In this document: positions 58,746-64,000 of the stretch, piece after piece
Position numbering within the stretch: the stretch's first letter is position 1
Layout: every line of letters starts with the position of its first letter
Source of the DNA: Nemertoderma westbladi
Taxonomy: Eukaryota > Animalia > Xenacoelomorpha
Reading direction: 5' to 3'
NCBI GenBank assembly: GCA_032718475.1
Contig: JAUCBJ010007408.1
Location: 1-64,000 of the forward strand
DNA length: 64,000 nucleotides
Program-made: the position numbers and the translations under genes
The notes under the pieces: generated by a model
Databases searched by the model: none
Told to the model about the DNA's origin: nothing
Seen by the model: only the letters and a program-made list of their open reading frames with translations

Positions 58746-59301
58746 GTTGGGAAGTGGCACCTTTTAGCAATATTGGGGATACGAGGCTAATCCCCAATTA
58801 ACCTCGTATCACACACCCAATAAACGGGGACAACAAACCCCGAAGGGCCACACAAAGGGAGGTCAGAGGTTAAACCTCTGGGAGAGGAAAGTGACAGCAG
58901 CGGGGGGGGGGGGGGGGGGAAACACTCCCACAGAGGTGGGAGCCGAGAATTAGGTTTTTGGCCAATCAGAGCCAAAGTAACTGCATCCGCTAAGTAATAA
59001 GGCCACAAGTACAGTAGGTAATCAATATATTACCGGTCAGTATCCATATCATAATTCAGTTATCTCAATCACTCAGGGCAGTACGGTGACACTTTAACAC
59101 CGTCACCGCCGCCATCAATATATTACCGTACAACATTTACCGGTAACCTTGCTTCAGTTATCTCATGCTATCACTCTATATTATATATTATATTACCGAA
59201 CTCTATTAACAATATTGGAACAACAATAACCAACTGTTTTCTTAACCGTGCGGCGACGCGTAAATAAACCAAACTGGTCGGGATCCCCTGATCCCGTCAC
59301 A
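58746..59301 (+). repeat. 3' LTR of element 2, missing its first ~36 bp
   Basis: Matches the 5' LTR from GTT.GGAAGTGGCAC to GATCCCGTCACA. Confidence 0.9.
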
Positions 59302-59774
59302 CTAAATTTTACGGCATCCCAGGACGTCGTCACACTTAACCCTGATCTATGGTCTTACGGCGGGCAAAGGCGTCTAACAAAGTCTTACCTCGGGCATGGG
59401 TGCTGTTTGGCTGCCGAATCATGTTCAAATGTGCCTGGGTGAAATAGTGCGGGTTCCCAAATGCGATGTGGGCATTCCCCCCCCCCCCCCCCCCCCCTTG
59501 CATTGCTGTGGCCCATAGATTTAGGCAGCGATTTTCTAACATCGGCTGTTCAAGATAGATACGTTAAAAGTTACCTATTCAGAGTTTTCAGTGTATTCTT
59601 AATGTAAGCAAACAGTTTAAACAAATTAACCAAGTTTTACAAAATACCAACTTAAACTAAGCAATTAATAGTATTACAAGTGAGGTAAATAGTAACTAAA
59701 GTTATACGTTAGTTTGAAATTAAATTAATTAAATTAAATTGAAATAAAGATGTACAAAAATATAAATTTTCCAA

Positions 59775-59836
59775 CTGAGATTTGAACCCTTGACCTAACA
59801 TACGCACGACCTATGCGCTAACCTACCAGGCCACTG
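59775..59836 (-). other. Degenerate tRNA-like/SINE head
   Basis: Minus strand has A-box-like TGGCCTGGTAGG and B-box-like GGTTCAAATC at tRNA spacing; no complete cloverleaf evident. Confidence 0.4.
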
Positions 59837-60984
59837 GACCAGGTGGTATATGAGTGCCAAAATGTACTATATATGGCAAATATACGGTTTTATAACTAAA
59901 CTGTGAAAGCAAGGCAAATATATCAAATTTTGAAAGTGTTCGCGCTTTTAGACCTTTAGCAGTTTAACCTGCCAATTTTAATTGTCTTTTTTGTATATCA
60001 ATTATTTAATGTACTGAAGTTACATCAGCCGAAGCCAGCCTGTGCGCGACCATTCACCCACAGTTAAGGGAGACTGGATTCGGATGCTTTGATAGTGATT
60101 GCAGTGTAGACCTACTGTATTATTCGATTGATCGTTAATATATAATCTCTGACAATATATTTACTTTCGGGGAAATATTAACAGTTCCTTTAGGACGTGG
60201 CGCTTTAAGTATAAAACAGAGTTATGACTTATACTAATCACAACTGGATGGCTACTGAGTTTCGTAAAAGGCGCATTCTTTAGGAGATGCTTTATTAACC
60301 TTCACACTACTTCACACTACTTCACACTACTGCGCACTGATCTGCCGACCGTCACTGAATTTGATCATATATAAGGAGGATCGCAACTGACACATGTAGG
60401 GATTATGAAATAGCATTCAATTCACACAAAAACCACTATAATGTAAGTCGCAGTTGCTACCGGTAAACCTGTTCCTCTAACCTTTAGTAATCAAAGAGAT
60501 TGAGGGTTTTATGATTATTCATCGGTATTCTCCAAATATATCAGCAATATATACCAACATAACACCAATTAATAACAGAATCAAATAATGCGGTGAACAG
60601 TCAGTATGTGTAGTTGAATCGCATTGCGTAGTGCCGCGGTGAGGCGATTCAGATATGAAGTATGATTCAGCAATGATTCAGTAGTTGAATTGTTAATAGT
60701 TTTACGTTCTTTTAATCAAAGCCATCTGATGTTTCTGATGTTTAGGTCAAAGTCTGAAACTTCCACAGAAGTACAGAAGAATCCTAAGCTGGTGTTCTGG
60801 GCTTAGAAAAGATACACACTGACTGAATTGCGTGAGTTTCTGTAGGCACTGTCCAAAACAAAGTGAAAATCGCTCTGATTGGCTGAGCCGAACAAAGAAC
60901 ACAGAGAGATTCAGGTTCCGCGTTGGCAGTAAATCAGCTGACAGATTGCGTCATCTGAGTCATCTTTTAGAGTATTAAGCGAAT

Positions 60985-61115
60985 AGCGGCAAAATGGCTA
61001 GTTATGTCCGCTAAAGCACGCATACAGACATAACGGGTAAAAATGGCTTGTTATGTCCGCTAAAAGCACCTACACGGTACATTGCGGAGAAAATGACTGG
61101 TTATATCCGCAAAAG
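60985..61115. repeat. ~50-bp tandem repeat, 3 copies
   Basis: AAAATGGCT.GTTATGTCCGCTAAA recurs three times. Confidence 0.65.
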
Positions 61116-61199
61116 CTTTTACACCGCTCCCAGAAAATGGGATTTAATTCTATAAAATATAAAAAATCACAGTTTCTAAAATATAAAAATACTCTAAAC

Positions 61200-62772
61200 A
61201 GTTAGTCCTTCTTACGTGAACGGCGTTTACGCAGTTTTTTGAGGCTAGCAAGAGTCCTTTTCTCTTTGGGGCGAGCCACTTTACTAGGAGGGCTATAACT
61301 CCTGGGTGAAGGGTGCAATACAATTGCATCGGAAGGTTTAGAATGACGGTTGGTGTATCCGCCGGTCGCGGTTTTCGGTTGATCGGTATCAACCTCAGTG
61401 GAACGAGGTCAAACAACCTTCAGAGCACGTTTCAAGACAGCAACTCTTACTGGTCCCTGACGATTCGTCTGCACAAGAGCGGTAGGTGGACCGTGTGTAG
61501 TGAGAAATTTCCTCGGTTTGATGGTTCTTTCCGACTCGCGTTCTCGGGCCCTGTCGAAATCGATATGCTTCTCCTCGAGCTGATTTTCCTCCGCTTGTCA
61601 TTGGAAGCATTCATCTAAAACTCGTTTAGAGTGTAGGGTCGTCCAAGTTCGATATCTTCTTAGAGATTCTGGATTTCCCGATCGAACTGAGATAAAGCCA
61701 ACTCGTTCACCGCCTGGACTTGCTGCTGCAACTCACGTTCCTCCATACAATCGTAGGTTCCTTTTCCGATCTTTTGACGAATAGTGTCCAACGCGTTTCG
61801 TACAACTCTCTCCTCCACCTCGCTGACAGGTTGTATCGGGTTAGATCGGGACGATTATACGGGTTAAACAGGGACGATTATACGGTTGAATGGCGATATT
61901 AGGTGTCCGCGTCCCAATCCGGCTAGGTAAGATGGGCGAATATCTAGGGAGCCCACAACCGGAGTGCCACCGACTAATTGTTCGGGTAACACCAGATCTT
62001 TGAACAGTGAGTAAGCTTGGGAGGATCCGTGATACTATTAGGATCAAGAGTCTGAGGTCCCACCAGGGAATGAGGAGGTCTGACCGAGTATTCCGGAACT
62101 CTGATCATGGGTTTATTTAAGGATCATTTGAGTTGAGCGAGCGTAGGTGATACATCGAACAAGTTTCGCTCGAAACTCCCGTAAATATAGCGAGTAAAAC
62201 TGTGTTTAGCGCAATGTCTCCGCGGATGTTTGTCTTTCCGTTTGTTGGTTGGGTCTAGGGCATTCATCGTAATAATACCAAAGACGCACGTCTTGTAGGG
62301 GAAACGCTGGTGATCTTTCTCCAGTTTTACAACGTCTCTCTCAAAAATTCCAAATATACGTTGAAGTCACTGCGTTTATCCGGTTCTTTAACGTCTTCTC
62401 TTTCGAGTTGGTTTCGAATAGAATTTTCGTGTTCGATTCTCAGTTTATTGTTCCGACTCCACTGGGTATGATATTTAAATAGGATCATTTCCCTTTCGGT
62501 GTCCACATCGTCCATATTGTGTAAATCGATAGGATGGCCAGTAGTTAAGAAGTCCATTACGTACCATTACGATGCGTATAGCGAGCGGTGAATTTTCTAT
62601 AGTCCAATTCACACGTGAGTTGTTCCTTTGACATTGGCGGTTCGATATAACGGCCATCGTCCTCTGTAGTGGGTGGACTAGCGTCGCCGTGTATTAAACT
62701 ATCAACAAACGCTTGCAATGGTAGGGTATATCGCTCCCTGATACCAAGATCATCTTCTATCAACTCAGTCAT
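61200..62772 (-). pseudogene. Decayed ORF of unknown origin
   Basis: Consecutive minus-strand ORF pieces (62557-62772, 62327-62557 and further fragments) with protein-like charged composition in a higher-GC block. Confidence 0.35.
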
Positions 62773-63595
62773 AGCTGCTATATGAGTTTATCGATATTAT
62801 AATTAATTATAATTTAGGCTAGCAGTCGTTGCTGCCTCCCCCTCAATGCCCCCGGACAGCGCAAGCTCCTCAGCGCTGATGTACTGTCGCCGCTGTGTCT
62901 ATCGCCAACATAGTAGCTACACAACGACAACAACAACCAGCACGAGTCACTCCACTGTCCGTCCCAAGGGCTTAGATTTACTTCAGGTTCTTACTGCGGA
63001 GGTAGGGCTACTTTCACAACTGCGACTCGCTACTGTAAACACACTTTAGTAGTAACATTCACCTATAGACGCACAAATTCCACACAACTGTCACAAATTG
63101 TACACATTCGGGCCATTTGTCCATTAGTCAAATGCCTTCCAGAATGCCACGTTATTATTATGTATCCCTGGACACTAGCAGTGCGCTATTTATTCCGTAT
63201 GCCATTCAATGGGGCAAGCTTTATATTGTTCTTTTAACTCACTTCTAATTCTAGCGTGGTTGTTGCCATGGTGACATTATGGAAAGCTAGCAGTAGAATT
63301 AGGGTAATTCTCATGCATACAGATCTGGGATGCTATTTAATAGTAATTCTTTAATTGTCAATATTCCCCCTTATACATGATTTTATGAATTTTATCGGCT
63401 ATTGACTATATATTGGAGATTCTCTCACGCTAATATACTTAATAGGGTGAATCTCCGCTCCCATGATCTATTAATTAATGGAATTTAGGGAATGTTATAA
63501 ATTGTATAAAATGACAATTTATCAAATTCATGAGAGGATATGAATTTAAATTTATTCCCATAAATTTTATTATTTAATAATAAAATAGACACAAT

Positions 63596-63962
63596 TTTAT
63601 TCCAGAACATGTCTGGGGACTGGGATCCTTGATTCTAGGAAATTTGTCCTTTTAAGAGTATCGGTAAGTGCTACGATATCTTAATCGACTAGAATTTTTA
63701 AAGGATCTAAATTTTAACAGATTTTGATTTATAGATTTTCTTGGTTTACAAACTCCTTAGAGTTTATTTGTATGTATTCACTCTATTATAACATTTGCTT
63801 TAATAGATTTTTTATAAATATTAACTATGTAATATTTAGTAATATTTAAGATGGGCACTGATTTATTCCAGAACATGTCTGGGGACGTTAACCATTGATT
63901 CTAGAATTTTGTCTTTCAAGTATATCGGTGGGTGCCGCGATATCTTAATCGACTAGAATTAC
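63596..63962. repeat. ~100-bp direct repeat, 2 copies ~265 bp apart
   Basis: TTATTCCAGAACATGTCTGGGGAC...GATATCTTAATCGACTAGAATT at ~63597 and ~63863. Confidence 0.7.
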
Positions 63963-64000
63963 AGATGGTCAAAGGGTTTAACAGATTTATTTTGCGTTGT

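Larger units (their letters stand above)
54715..59301 (+). mobile_element. Internally deleted LTR element (element 2), sister family of element 1
   Basis: TG...CA ends with TSD CTAAA (54710-54714 / 59302-59306). 5' LTR 54715-55241; 3' LTR remnant 58746-59301. The interior matches the element 1 gag 5' part and accessory ORF 3' part. Confidence 0.92.

Overview
This is AT-rich, repeat-dense animal (probably invertebrate) genomic DNA. The only clear host gene is an intronless SmF/SNRPF at 1712-1975; almost everything else is transposable elements. (1) A full-length 13.96-kb BEL/Pao LTR retrotransposon (5769-19723, minus strand, TSD TACAG) is inactivated by stops and frameshifts. (2) A 19.7-kb Polinton/Maverick (20337-40016, AGTAGT...ACTACT termini) encodes pPolB, RVE integrase, ATPase, major capsid, two tandem minor capsids, RING, TBP-like and PC4-like proteins, with no recognisable protease. 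(3) A second, divergent and decayed BEL element lies at ~40245-54100. (4) An internally deleted sister of element 1 (54715-59301, TSD CTAAA) carries a LINE fragment. There are also a CRE-type non-LTR fragment, SINEs and MITEs. Main candidate system: both divergent BEL families carry, in the env position after pol, an extra ORF with a WRN/RNase D/Mut-7-type DEDDy 3'-5' exonuclease followed by CCHC zinc knuckles. Element 1 and its sister also lack a tRNA PBS; instead, 10 nt just inside the 5' LTR are complementary to a site within their own LTR. The two sequences change together between the families, which suggests Tf1-like self-priming in a BEL/Pao lineage. All family calls are from motif recognition by eye; no database searches were run.
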